A stretch of 64,000 nucleotides of DNA from Eledone cirrhosa (GCA_964016885.1 OZ024746.1:84630001-84694000); one strand, 5' to 3'. Shown: positions 41,230 to 55,867, counted from the stretch's first letter. Notes: a model not told the origin generated them from the sequence alone. Program-made: numbers and translations.

Positions 41230-42118
41230 TTATGTTGAGAAAAATCGGGTAAAGTAACTCCGAAGAAAGATAAAATTGGATAGAGGTGCTTGCGAGAAAT
41301 CGAAGCCAGTATCTTTTTGGGGAGACTCTAGGGGTTGACGAAAATCAATGAGCCACTCTTTTCTAGAGGACTTTCAGTTGAAACCCATGGATAACTTCCA
41401 GAAATCTCTTGTCTGGCCGTGTTACAGAGGAGCTTTGACAGTTCGTGGTAAACTCTACTGGCATGGAAATGCCGTCAGTCGAGCCTGTCTGAGATGTGCG
41501 CAGAGTGACGAAATCGTCCTGCACGCACTCATCGAGTGTCTGAGTATTGCTAACTTGTGGGTTTATGTCGAGCACCTGCTGTCACGTGAGGGACGGATCC
41601 AGCTATCAACCGAGTCCATTGTGTAGATCGCCCCACCATCTTCCTTTAGAGGGGAAGGACAGGCAGTGTTTATTTGCTTGGTGGTCATGGCAAAAGAGGT
41701 CGTGTGGTAGACGCCTCTGAAAGGCTTGAAGACAAACCGTGATTAATTTTTTCAGGTTTCACCTGAAGAGAAAAGTCAGGGTGGAGAGAGAAATTTTGCC
41801 TTCCAACCAGTTTGTTGAAAGGTGGGTGAGACAGGTGAGCATGGTCCGAGTGAATGGGTCTGTAAATTGGAAGAGAACATCAGAGGGAGGGCATTTACCC
41901 TAGCGGTCAAGGTTATCATGGCTTTTTGTGGGCTTTCTCCACGAGTGACCCTTGGAGGTATTCCCACTTTTGAGGAATTTGTTGTTTTATTTTAAATGTT
42001 TATTTTTTTTAGTCTTATTTATAAACCTTTCACTCACACAAAAAAACCCACATTGTGCTGTCCAGTACCGTCCTTATTGTCCCTTTAATGTAAGCCCTGT
42101 GTGGCTGATAAAGAAACC
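41230..42118 (+). mobile_element. 5'-truncated L1/Tx1-like LINE (zf-RVT CCHC domain plus 3' UTR)
   Basis: ORF 41348-41626 SLVWPCYRGALTVRGKL...CLRCAQSDEIVLHALIEC...LW shows the zf-RVT pattern; stops indicate decay. Confidence 0.8.
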
Positions 42119-42127
42119 ATTATTATA

Positions 42128-42315
42128 AGGTGGATTGGCAGTATCGGTAGAGGGTCGGACGCCATGCTTTGACGTATAGAGTTACGGTCCTTGCCATTCT
42201 GAGTTCAAATTCCGCCGAGGTTAACTTTGCCTTTCATCCTTACAGGGTCGATAAAATAAAGTACCAGTAATGCACTGGTATTTGCTGGCCTTGTGTCAAA
42301 CGTAGAAACAATTAT
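42128..42315 (+). mobile_element. SINE A
   Basis: Consensus match. Confidence 0.88.
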
Positions 42316-42715
42316 TATAAATATTATTATTATTATTTACTATTATTATTGTTATTATTATTGTCTCTTAATTAGATATGAAGCTTTAGATTTACAGCAG
42401 AGACGACACGAGGACGACTCAGATGATGACGATGATGACGATGTTGGTGATGATGATGATGATGATGATGGTAGTGGTGGTGGTTTGGATTTGATATGAC
42501 AATAAGGAAGAAGAGGGGAGGAGGGATAATATTCAGAATAATGATGGTGATGATGATGACGAAGGCAAAGGTGATGACGAGCGACGCGCGCTGACAAAAT
42601 CCCAAACCGGATTAAGGCAGTGATTTGTAAGACGAAAATCTCGAATCGGACACGTGTACATACACGAGCCTAAAGACACGGACACACACTGATACACACA
42701 CGTATACACACAAGG

Positions 42716-42797
<82 letters not shown>

Positions 42798-43642
42798 GCT
42801 CACACACGGACACACACACACACAAAGACACACGGACACACGCATACACATGGACGGACACGCTCACACACGGACACATAGGTACACACACGGACATACA
42901 CGGACACACACGGACACACACACACATACACGCTCACACACGGACACACCAACACACACATATATATACACACATTTATGCATACGTAGCATGGATTCAT
43001 GCCATACTTATATATGTATGTTTGTAAGCAACTATGTATGTGTGTGTATATGTAGATGAATGCATGTGTGTATATGTGTGTACGTATAGTATTGTGTATG
43101 TGTATGTACAGATACAGGCGCGAAAGTGTGTTCAAAGCATTCTATATTTTAAATATACACAACTCACATGTGTGCATACACGAAGGAAAATTCATGCTCG
43201 TGTGTGTATATAATTATGTGAAAATGTGTATACGTGTGGGCGTGCGTATAAGCAGTGTAACGCACATACATACGAATGTGTACACGCATACATTGTGCGC
43301 GCGCCTATGTATGAGTGTGTTTATGTGGTAGTGTGTGTGTGTCTCATTATCTATGTAAACATACGTAGATATATAGGTGCATATATGTGCATTATGCACG
43401 CTTATTTGCATGTATGTGTGTGTGTATGAAAGTGTGTGTGTTGGTGTGTGTATGTATATGTGTATGTATGTATGCGTTTAGGTGTGTATGTGTGTGTGTT
43501 TGTGTATGTGTTGGTGTGTGTATGCGTTTAGGTGTGTATGTGTGTGTGTGTGTGTGTGTGTGTTTGTGTATGTGTTGGTGTGTGTATGTGTTGGTGTGTG
43601 TATGTGTTGGTGTGTGAATGTATGTGTATATGTGTATGCGTT

Positions 43643-43673
<31 letters not shown>

Positions 43674-43683
43674 ATGCGTGTGT

Positions 43684-43736
<53 letters not shown>

Positions 43737-43877
43737 ATATCAGATACCCATTTCGTTGCCAATGATCTGTAGAAGGGTCAGCAGACAAATATAATTCAAA
43801 AGCTAAATTGACTTGGAACATAGGGATCCAATCATTATACATACATACTACACACACACAGACATACAGACATACAG

Positions 43878-43908
<31 letters not shown>

Positions 43909-43922
43909 CATATTCATATGTG

Positions 43923-43986
<64 letters not shown>

Positions 43987-44102
43987 TATGAATGTTTATA
44001 CACACACACACATATATATATATATTCATATTCATATATATATTTGTGTGTGTGTGTATACATACATATATATATACATATATATACATATATATATATA
44101 TA

Positions 44103-44152
<50 letters not shown>

Positions 44153-44199
44153 TCATATTCATATATATATGTGTGTGTGTGTTTATATATGCATATATA

Positions 44200-44256
<57 letters not shown>

Positions 44257-44323
44257 ATATATATACATAATATATATATGTATATATATATGTATGTATA
44301 TATATATACATAATATATATATG

Positions 44324-44407
<84 letters not shown>

Positions 44408-44431
44408 TATATATGTACAATATATATATAT

Positions 44432-44476
<45 letters not shown>

Positions 44477-45483
44477 CACACACACACACAAGGTAGTGGG
44501 GTTTACAAGACGACATGCTGAGAGCACACACAAATGCACACGCGTTGATAGTACCAACCGTGCGTAATTAACTACGACAAACGCGTGTAGACGCGTGCAT
44601 ATGTGCGTGTGCATATGTATATCTGTGCCTGTACATATCTGTGTGTGTGTGTGTGTGTGCGTGTGTGTGTGTGTGTGCGTGTGCATATGTATATCTGTGC
44701 CTGTACATATCTGTGTGTGCGGATGTGTGTGTTATTCTTTTCATGTGTCTGATTATGCACAAAGCTATCTAATATATGTATATAGGGATAAGACAGCTCT
44801 GGGCATGTATGTATGTATATATGTACGTATGGATGTATGCAAGTGTGTACGTATGCCTACATATATGCATGCATGCATTTTTTAAGGCACTTGGCTTAGT
44901 GGTTAGGGCATTCGGCTCACGATCGTAAGGTCGTGAGTTCGATTCCCGGCGGTGTATTTGTGTCCTTGGGCAAGATACTTTATTTCACATTGTTTTATTT
45001 CCTGTCCACTCAACTGGCAAAAGCGAATTGTACATGTAGTTATGTACACATATATGTGGATATTATGAAAAAAACACACCAAAAAACTCCGCTTATATGA
45101 AGGGGAATGGCATATATTGAGACAGGAAACCGTATCATGAACATGAGATACTAGGATCTGGGTAGAACTGGTAAAGCGCCGGACAAAGTATCTTGCCAGG
45201 GTTGACTTCGCTTTTTCCCTATTCAAACAAGGATCAATCGTCTAATAGGGTCATTTTAATCGACTGCAGTTTTGTTACTCATAAAATTTGTAGCTTTGTG
45301 CTTATGATAGAAATTAAAGTGCGCCTAGTTTTTTATTCGTTTTTTGTCGATAACAATGTGTGTATAGAAACGACTCATACTAGAGTCGTTTCTACATACA
45401 CATTTTTTTTACTCAGATCAGTACGAAGGATTCATTACTTGTTCGCTAAGCTTGTTAGAAATAGTAACCGAATCTCCTTCAAA

Positions 45484-45587
45484 TATTGTTTCTACTTTTG
45501 GCACAAGGCCAACAATTACACAGTGCATTACTGGTACTTTATTTTATCGACCCCGTAAGGATGAAAGGCAAAGTTAACCTCGGCGGG
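45484..45587 (-). mobile_element. 5'-truncated SINE A with TSD
   Basis: TTCAAATATT at 45478-45487 and 45588-45597. Confidence 0.85.
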
Positions 45588-46192
45588 TTCAAATATTACA
45601 GTGGCGTCTTTAAATAGGAGTATCCGTTGAAGAATGGTGTTCACTGTTTGAAAAATTTAGAAAAAAGATGGGATGATGTTGATGAGGATGTATTTTATCA
45701 TAGGTCTGGCCTGTTGTTGAACAACAACAACAACAACAGGAGACATTATATTGGGAGAGCGCAGTAAAATTGTAAGATATGAGCTCAACCTCAAACTTGA
45801 GTGGTAGATTTAATCTGTCATCCGGTTTAACACCAGACTCTCTAACGTACTTGATTGCATTTAGCGGAGTCATTATTTAGCGGAGTCATTATTTTTCTAG
45901 CATTCGAGACAGGTTTTCAGTCTGAGCTAGGCTTCCTCCCTTCCTCTGACCAGTTTTCGAGGACCTGAAAACGGTCATGGGCACTGCGATTATCTCCTTG
46001 AATAAGCCATAAAAATCTTAGTGAACTGTTAATAATAAAGACTTGGCTCAAAAAACAAAATCTGTAGGTCGAAGCTAACATCCACACAACAAAATGTCGT
46101 ATATATATTTACAGATACACTAATTTTATATAAGGCATAGTAAGTAATATTCTATCCTTATCAATGTCAACGTAGGGGTCGGTATCGTTACC

Positions 46193-46249
<57 letters not shown>

Positions 46250-46432
46250 CGTTGGTGTGGATTATTCGTCAAAGTCTAGGCGACCACGTTCAGCGATAGA
46301 TGTGGTTGTTTGAAGAAAGTGATATTTTGAGTAGTCCCCTATTCGCTTTTTATAGAGCGCAGCGCAGCCGATTCTGAATAAGATGAGGGAGAGAGAAATA
46401 TATATATATATGTATACTGTATATATATACTG

Positions 46433-46482
<50 letters not shown>

Positions 46483-46922
46483 TGTCGATTCAATACATGA
46501 CTGGTAATATATTTTATTGACTCGCGAAGGATGAAAGTTAAGTTGACGCCGGCAAGATTTGAAAGAAAACAATGGGACAAAGTAAACACCGCAGGGCATT
46601 TGTCTAATGCTCTAACGATTCTGCTAATCAAGTGCCCTTAAGTAATATTTAAGGCCTTTTTAATGAAGATTAAACAATTACACATTGTTGTTTCTCTTTA
46701 GCCCCAGGTCAAATCTAATTGAGTGAATCAAAGAACCAAGACGTTCAAGCCATGTCGAGGGCATCCCATCTTTTCTGAATATCGTGTGCTTCCAAGACCA
46801 CATTATCACATACCCCTCTTCTAATATATAAAACTGTACGTGGTCACCTGACCCACTATAAATTGCAGCTAAATTTCCCCCAAATCACGCTGTCATACCC
46901 CCTCGAAAATGAAGATACAAAA

Positions 46923-46985
<63 letters not shown>

Positions 46986-47060
46986 TCTTTTTGTATCTTC
47001 AAATATATATATATATATATATATATAGTTAAAAGAATAGAGGTGTAACACACAAGTTAT

Positions 47061-47562
47061 TATATATTGGTAAACTGAATAGAAAATGCTGACAAATTGT
47101 TCACAGTTGAAAAATGGTTTAATTAGGAATAAAAGAGTATTAGTGATTGTATGGGTTAGTATTCAGTTGTGGTTTTAAGTTTTTAAGTTTTTACCGGTTG
47201 CGCATTTCTAAATGCTTTTCAAAAATAATTTTGAGATAGAGTGTCCGTGCTGTTTGCTCTGATCTGATTAGTTTTGGGAATTCTACCTGTTTTTATGTTA
47301 AAAAAGTGGCTCCACTTTTGGAGCCACTTTTTTAACATAAAAACAGGTAGAATTCCCAAAACTAATCAGATCAGAGCAAACAGCACGGACACTCTATCTC
47401 AAAATTATTTTTGAAAAGCATTTAGAAATGCGCAACCGGTAAAAACTTAAAAACTTAAAACCACAACTGAATACTAACCCATACAATCACTAATACTCTT
47501 TTATTCCTAATTAAACCATTTTTCAACTGTGAACAATTTGTCAGCATTTTCTATTCCGTTTA

Positions 47563-47572
<10 letters not shown>
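47061..47572. repeat. 254-bp-arm palindrome of the U3-A8 hammerhead-like family
   Basis: Arms 47061-47314 / 47319-47572 with 1 mismatch. Motif TTT-TTGAAAA-GCATT taga AATGC-GCAA-CCGG-TA-AAA at 47408-47444. Confidence 0.95.
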
Positions 47573-47623
<51 letters not shown>

Positions 47624-47659
47624 TTGTTTGTTTGTGTGTGTGTATGTGTGTATATATAT

Positions 47660-47691
<32 letters not shown>

Positions 47692-49669
47692 GCATGTAAA
47701 AGGTAAGCAAAAATACCAAAACAAACGACACAGTACATTGAAGAAATATATTAGTTTAACACCTGAAATAGCAGGAAAAGAGTTTTAACGTTTCGGACAC
47801 TAGTTCTTCATCATACGATAGTGTTAGAATTAGAAGATGAATGTGTGTGTGTGTATGTGTGATATGTGTGATATGTGTGTGTGTCTATATGTATGTGTCT
47901 GCGCCTGTGTATCTGCACGTGTCTCTGTTGTGTTCGGTGAAACTTGAATACCAGTCAACCGAGATTCTTATAATAAACACAACTATGTTACATGTATGAT
48001 GTTACCCCATTAGTAAATGTTTATTGTTATTTTTATATCTATAAATTTACAGTTCAAATGATTGGAACCAGCCAACGAATATAAAAGAATATCATTGCAT
48101 TAATTAGCGGATAAAATTAGGATTACGAAGACCTTTTAATTGGCATATCCCGTTTTCAGATTTCCTTTAACCTTTTCATAATCCCGTGTGGCATTGTTAT
48201 TGTTTTTCATTTTGTTTTGTCTTTATATTCTGTTAAATAGTTCCCATCTCATCACAGCACACATAAACACAGACACACATTCATACGTATAAACATACAT
48301 ACATACACACAAATAAACATACATGTATATTTAAACATACATACAAACATACATACATACAGGCACACATAAATACATACATACATACACACATAAACAC
48401 ATGCACAAATACATACATACATACACACATACATACCAATCATACATGCATACATACACACAGACAATCATACATGCATACACACAGACAATCATACATG
48501 CATACATACAAACATACATACATGCATAAATACACACATAAATACATGTATACGTGCATACATATATGCATGCATAAATACACACAGATACATGCATACA
48601 TTCGTAACACATACATGTATACATACATACATGTATACATACATACATACATAAATGTATACATACATACAAACACACATACATGCATACACACATGAAT
48701 ACATACATACATACATACATAAATACATACACACATGTATGCATACATACATACATAAATACATACACACATGTATGCATACATACATAAAAGCATGTAT
48801 GCATGTATACATATATGCATCTATAGTCGCTGCTCCCTACTCGTAGTAGGGCTTCTCCCATGAGACCAGTTGTTTTAATCTCCCACCTTTCCTCCCACTT
48901 ACACAACCCTACCCCATCTACTTCTTTACACCCAGAAGGGATTTTTCTTGTTTGTACTTCTTTTTTTTTCTATTGTATTTTGTTTATTTATTATTTCTAT
49001 TAATCGCTTCAACTCTAATTAATTCCCGTATTTTTTTTCTTTCCGCTTCTCGTATGTACCACTAGAATACCACGTGACCTAATCATTGACACTTCCCCAC
49101 TCCACATCACAACCAGCACCTTATTATCTTCATCGACCCCTTCACCACGGTTTAATTCTGCGTTTCACCTCACCACCCCTTTCATAATTCATTCAGTTGG
49201 GGAAGAAAGAAAATAAGATAGAAGGAATGGTGATGGTTGTGACAATATTGGTGGTGGTGTTGGTGATCATGGCGGATTGTGTTGTCTTAGTCGTAAGATA
49301 TTGCATAGTGTTGCGTGTGGGTTAACTAATAACTATATTAAATCTATACGAGAAAAGGGTAAGAACCGATCGTCAGAACGGACCAAAGAAGGTACGTTTC
49401 TATTAGTCTTTCCATGCTAATACTATTGTATGCCGGTCGTAATTCTTGGTAGAACCGCCACCAATTTTTCGGTGACAGAAGGCAGGGTTTGTACTCAGAA
49501 CACACAGATACCGCAAAGTAGCATGTCCAGCTCTTTAACAATTCCGCCAATCCACTGCCCATAGACTAGTACTTTATTTATCGACTTCGACAGTTAAGTT
49601 GATCTTGGTGGGATTTAAAGTCAGAGTGTAACGAGGTTGAACAAATACCGAGGCATTTAATTCGACATT

Positions 49670-49814
49670 TTCCAGCATAGTTACGTCCCTTTACGATCTG
49701 AGTTCAAATCCCGCTGAGGTTGACTTTGCCTTTCATCCTTACGGGGTCGATAAAATAAAGTACCAGTAATGCACTGGGTAATTGCTGACCTTGTGCCAAA
49801 AGTAGAAACAATTA
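49670..49814 (+). mobile_element. 5'-truncated SINE A
   Basis: Consensus match. Confidence 0.85.
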
Positions 49815-51073
49815 TAAAGATCCTTTCAAATCGCTGAAAAGGAAATTATAAGCAAATCGGACTTTGTGATAGATAAGAGGTGTCCCGATACATTTAAAAT
49901 TTATGCTTTTCTCAAAGACTCTTTATTGTTAAGAATTTTGTGAAAAAATATTGGATAAAAATCACTTACAGTATTTACTTACGCCCCTTTATGTAGATGT
50001 AAATATTGAAAGAGCTTTCATAACCAAAGATGAGTTTAATAGCCAGAAAAGTTATAATCTCAAAATCAACCTTTTTCTTGGGATAAACATCTTGACAACA
50101 GATATAAGCCTAAGAAACACCTAGTATTTGATGAGACGTTTTGTAGCGACCAGTTCTGGGATCAAGTTCTGTAATGTATAACATCTTTGTAGGACAGATA
50201 AGGTACTGCAACAGAAGTACTAAAATATGGAACTTTCAAATTGTAGAAATCCTATATGTAAGAATTATACTTTAACAACACAATTCCTCCAAGTCAGTGC
50301 TATTGAATGGTACTTTATTTATCGATCCCAGACTGACGAAACTAAATTAAGGGAAATGACGTAATCACTTGACCAGCCAAACATCCGGTGAATCCCATCC
50401 TATCGTCTTTTTAAAAAGAGGACGTATTAGATAATGTAGTCTTATATATCATAACCCCCCCCTCCCACCCCCCAACAAAAAAAAGACTCGATGGTTCTAG
50501 CTGGAACGACTTCGATTATAAATACGCTTCATCAGGGCTGCCACAAGACACCTCAAAACAACAACAATGTAGACTGGAGATAGAGGGGAGAGAGAGAGAG
50601 AGGGAAGAGAGAGACGGGTTTGAAGAGAGAGAGAGAGAGAGAGAGCAAGAGGTTGTAGAGAGAGAGGTTGTAGAGAGAGAGGTTGTAGAGAGAGGGTTGG
50701 ATCAGATAATGTAAAATATAAACAAATTTTCTAAAGGCAGCTCAGCATTGCCACTACCAGTTTGACAAAATCCTTTTATAACTAAGTTAAAATCTGTAGG
50801 GTTGCTGCTCAAATTAAGTTCCTTTAACTAACGCTTGAACAAAATATTGTCTTTTTTTCTGTATTTTTAGTTCTATTTTCTTTCTTTTTCTTTATTTTTA
50901 TTTCTTTTTTCTTTCCTTTTCTTTATTTTTAGTTCTTTTTCTTTCTTTTTTTTCCTATTATTTTTTCTTTAGATTTTTTGCTTTTAACGTAACAATGTTT
51001 TTGTTTCTCCGCCATTGGTCATTGCCTATTCATGATACACACACACTCTCACACACACACACACACACACACG

Positions 51074-51207
<134 letters not shown>

Positions 51208-51210
51208 CAC

Positions 51211-51262
<52 letters not shown>

Positions 51263-51321
51263 ACACACACACACACTCACACACACACACACTCACACAC
51301 ACACACACACGCACACACACA

Positions 51322-51429
<108 letters not shown>

Positions 51430-51588
51430 GACACTCATGTACATATGTTTTTTTAAGCCTTTAGCACTGTTCACCATTGTTGATGAGGTAGGTTTATATT
51501 GAAACCGGAAATATTCCAAAACCATTGTTTCCGTTTTGGACAGCAGTTTGTTTTCCGGCATTTTTGGTATTTAAATTACACTCACATT

Positions 51589-51626
<38 letters not shown>

Positions 51627-53148
51627 TGCATACACACACACATACACACACACACTCATACGCACATACAATTACATACACATGCGCATATATTCCCATG
51701 TGTATTTTTTCGTGCGTCTGCCTGTGTGATTCTATATGCGTGTATATATATATATAAATAGGTGTACGTGTATGTGTGTGCACATGCGCATGTGTGCATG
51801 CGTGTGTATTTGTGTGTGTGTATATGTGCGTTTGTGAATATACGTGTGTGTATGCATGTATACTATATGTGTGTATGCAGGAATGTATATCAATCAAGTG
51901 TTCAAATACTCTCGACATTACTGTTAGCATTCATGAACATAGGATGGTTTGTGGTAGTCATCCGTGTTTACTTTATTATAACGCCAGCATCGAAGGCGAC
52001 GAATTGTCAGAGTCGTTAGCTTGTCGAATTAAAAATATCTCAATATTGGTTTCAAATCTCACTGTGCTCAATCGGCAGAATGATTTATTCTATCTGGTTT
52101 TAAATGCCCAATGTATATGACGATAGTGCCTTCACGATTCCATGACGAGTAAAGAGCCCTTTACTCTTACTTTTTTAACGTACAAAACCCTAGAATCCAA
52201 GTGTCATTGCATGACTAAAAAGACATGCAATTACAGACGGCAAATTAGCAACAGTCAGGTAAAAAGAAGTGCATAAAAGAAGTGTTCTGCTTAGAGACAA
52301 AAAGAAATACGTTTGCCCTGATTTTGAACTCACAGTCTTTTAGTCAGAAGACAGTCAGCCATTCCTTTCATATACCACAGTTCATTGCAACTCCAAAATA
52401 TTCAAAATATAAATCTAGTTTCATCAATTCCATGATTTGATTTTATTTGTCAACTTGAAAGAAAGACATCATAATCAACCAATGAGAAACGTCGCTTTCC
52501 AGATTACGAAACATGATTTTATACATTTGTTCTAATTTTTGATTTATTTTTAAAAGATTTTATTTGTAAATTTTCCGAAAATTTCGCGAATTTTCCCCAA
52601 TATGTTTAGAAATTCGCTTTATTTCCATAATTATTATGTTATGATCAAAGTTAATTTTATTGTATGATATTAAAATTTATAATGAAATAAAACTGACTCA
52701 GAAGATTCTTATGGAATTTTTATACGTTAATTATTGCAAATTATGAACATCTTAAAACAATTTACAAATCTGAAAGCTATTTTTGAAAAATTACCTTTTC
52801 TACTTGTTTTTCTTTTTGTTTGTTTGTTTTCTCATTCAATTCTTAAAGTCTTTCAAAAAGGAAGTAAAGAAAGAATTGAAATATTTTCATTTTTAGAAAA
52901 TTTTGATTAAACAATTTGATAATATTCTTCTATGCTATTCCGTCTGTCATCATTTTATATTGCTACTGTTGTTATTTTTGTTGCTGTTTTGGTGTTGTTT
53001 TTGATGCTGCTGTTGTTGTTGTTTATAGTTGCCTCTGCGCTATTTCTACTGCAAACAAGGATTTTATTCTTTGTTTTATAAACAAAGGAACTGCAGATCC
53101 ACTATTCTTGCATAACTCAAGAATATATGCATTATAGCAGCGTGGTTT

Positions 53149-53227
<79 letters not shown>

Positions 53228-54132
53228 TATATATGTATCTATATCCGTATGTCGTTGACGGCTGAGGGAAATATGTACTCAATACCGAAGTAGAGTTTTG
53301 ATATTCATTTTATTGAAGCTAATTAGTGAGTCTTATTACTCTGGAGTATCGTCTGTTTATCACAGTGTCATCAGACTAAAACTGTATATATGTATCGAGG
53401 TCAATAAATGAAAGTCTATTCAATCAACTAACCGCCATATACTTCTAGATACGAGGATGTTGATGCTTGTCACCACAATATATGTCAGTCTATTTATTGA
53501 AAAGGTGGTAAAGGTGGTAGAGACGTTAGAACGTCGGATAAGTCTTGCAATGTTTGTTTCTGTTTTCCGCTCTCTGAGTTCAAATCTCGCTGAAGTCAAC
53601 TTTGCCTTTCATTCTTCCGAGATCGATAAAAATGTATCAGTCCAGTACTGGAGTCGATTCTTCCTCGATATATCTTTCTCTATTCCCCCTATCACTTTCT
53701 TTCCTTCTTCTGGAAGAAATTGGCCGTATTCAGATCTTGAGAGGGGATAAGCTCCAATAGGTTTAAACAAAACACCTAGAAACGCCGTATGTCACTACAG
53801 CGCCCTTATGATATTGCCAGGGGTTACGGATTCATGCATACATATTTATTGACAATGAAGTTCTTTTTGTTTGTCAAACTGTAAAATATGGTTTGATGGA
53901 GTTATTTTTGCTAGTTTTAGAAGATTGAGCAGCCACATAAATGTTCTCTCTTTGGCTTGTTAAAGATTTCAATTTTTCATGTGGTGCTGTTAATTAAATA
54001 TTTACAATCATGTTGCCAAACAAATGGGCGATAGGTAAATAGACTGGCAATTTCAATTAATTCCTTTATCCTGCTTAACACATGCAGTGAATGCCAGAAG
54101 ATATATTTGTAGACACAATTATAAAGCTATTT

Positions 54133-54201
54133 ATCTTCTGATGAAGAGATAATAATGCTCGAAACGCAAAACTGTAACCTCGTATTTATTTGAGTACAGA
54201 T
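54133..54201 (+). ncRNA. Probable hammerhead, partly decayed
   Basis: ATCTT-CTGATGA-A-GAG..CTC-GAAA-CGCAAA...TTTGAG-TA-CAGAT; one mismatch each in stems I and III. Confidence 0.55.
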
Positions 54202-54248
54202 TAATAGAACGTTTGTGTACACTCATTCTTTTCACAGCAAAGCTTTTA

Positions 54249-54360
<112 letters not shown>

Positions 54361-54362
54361 AC

Positions 54363-54418
<56 letters not shown>

Positions 54419-54419
<1 letters not shown>

Positions 54420-54767
54420 TGTGGATGTGGCCTGCCCATTCGACACGAGAGTGCAAGAGAAGGAGAGGGAGAAAATTAACTGATACCAGGACTTAAAGTG
54501 GGAGGTAAAAAGGATTTGGAACTGCCATGAAGTCAGAGTAGTCCCGATTGTCATAGGCGCACCAGGTACTATCTCAAAAAGTTTCCAGGGATGGTTAAAG
54601 AAAATTGGCCCCGCCACGCTTTTTGGAACGCTTCAAAAGGCATGTTTGCTGGGAACAGCAAGAACCCTCCGATACTTCCTGAATATCTGAGGCAGCAGGT
54701 AGTGGCTTGATATTCATTTCAACAAACTTTCCAGTTAAATAACATCAATGACTGAGACTCAAAGAAC
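54419..54767 (+). mobile_element. 3' end of an R4/Dong-clade (RLE) non-LTR retrotransposon inserted in (AAT)n
   Basis: 54421-54690 encodes VDVACPFDTRVQEKEREKIN*YQDLKWEVKRIW...VVPIVIGAPGTI...LQKACLLGTARTLR; (AAT)n on both sides. Confidence 0.85.
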
Positions 54768-54974
54768 AATAATAATAATAATATTAAAAGGGAACAAAGA
54801 ATCAAAATTGCATCATATACATATTTAATTACATATTACATATGTTTCACTGCCGATCAGCTCGAGTAATGATCGATTAATGTTCAGTCCTGAGTCTGGA
54901 ATCGGATATGTATTCACTTATAGACTCTTGTTGGCATACCGCCTGCGGCGCAATCAATTTGCGCCTCTAATACC

Positions 54975-55187
54975 TATATATAAAAGGAACGATCGACTTT
55001 CGTCAAATCGGACCGAGGGAACAATGTTTCTGTTGGTCTTTCCAATTGCTAATACTATCTATCGGTCGCAACTCCAGGTAGAAGGAGCAACGTGAAATAA
55101 AGTGTCTTGCTCAAGGACATAACGCACCGCCTGGTACAGGAATCGAACTCACAACCTTACGATTGCGAATCCGATTCTCTAACCACT

Positions 55188-55189
<2 letters not shown>
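54975..55189 (-). mobile_element. SINE family B2 (inverted partner of 55253-55473)
   Basis: Reverse-complement homolog with several substitutions. Confidence 0.85.
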
Positions 55190-55252
<63 letters not shown>

Positions 55253-55254
<2 letters not shown>

Positions 55255-55468
55255 AGGCGTGTGGCTGAGTGGTTAGAGAATTGGATTCGCAATCGTAAGG
55301 TTGTGAGTTCGATTCCTGGACCAGGCGATGCGTTATGTCCTTGAGCAAGACACTTTATTTCACGTTGCTCCTTCTACCTGGAGTTGCGACCGATAGATAG
55401 TATTAGCAATTGGAAAGACCAACGGAAACATTCTTCCCTCGGTCCGATTTGACGAAAGTCGATCGTTC

Positions 55469-55473
<5 letters not shown>
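55253..55473 (+). mobile_element. tRNA-derived SINE family B2, full length, between (TA)n tracts
   Basis: A-box TGGCTGAGTGG, B-box GTTCGATTCC, CORE-like TGTCCTTGAGCAAGACACTTT. A 3' fragment also lies at 6395-6518. Confidence 0.85.
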
Positions 55474-55511
<38 letters not shown>

Positions 55512-55709
55512 ATTATTATGTAATAAACAACATAAGGCAATTATTCCATTTACCAGTGGTTTCTTAAAAGCAAAAGGTTTTGCTTTCAATCCTCAGAACG
55601 GAAAAATCCTGGTTTGTTTATTGAATTTGGATTACAAACCAGGATTTTTAATCCAAATTCAATAAACAAACCAGGATTGTAATCCAAATTCAATAAACAA
55701 ACCAGGTTT

Positions 55710-55769
55710 TTCCGTTCTGAGGATTGAAAGCAAAACCTTTTGCTTTTAAGAAACCACTGGTAAATGGAA
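55710..55769 (+). ncRNA. Canonical type-I hammerhead (mirror copy 55544-55603, minus strand) in a fold-back element (55509-55870)
   Basis: TTCCGTT-CTGAGGA-TTGAAAGCAAAA cc TTTTGCTTTTAA-GAAA-CCA c TGG-TA^-AATGGAA. Confidence 0.85.
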
Positions 55770-55867
55770 TAATTGCCTTATGTTGTTTATTACATAATAA
55801 TAATAATTAAGCTCTGTTGCCTACATAGAGCACTCTTTTTTCCTGGACTTTTCCGATGGAATTACTT

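Noticed and set aside
53345-53385. Minus-strand CTGATGA as a hammerhead
   Set aside because: No GAAA or consistent helices; at best a decayed relic.
54830-54960. Minus-strand GAAA-CATATG-TA with a possible long stem II
   Set aside because: The putative core reads CCGCAGG, three changes from consensus; too decayed to call.
55253-55325. Possible tRNA gene
   Set aside because: A and B boxes are present but continue into a SINE body, with no convincing acceptor stem.
55405-55445. HHR-like motif in the SINE B2 tail
   Set aside because: TGGAAAGA is not a valid core and stem I is unconvincing.
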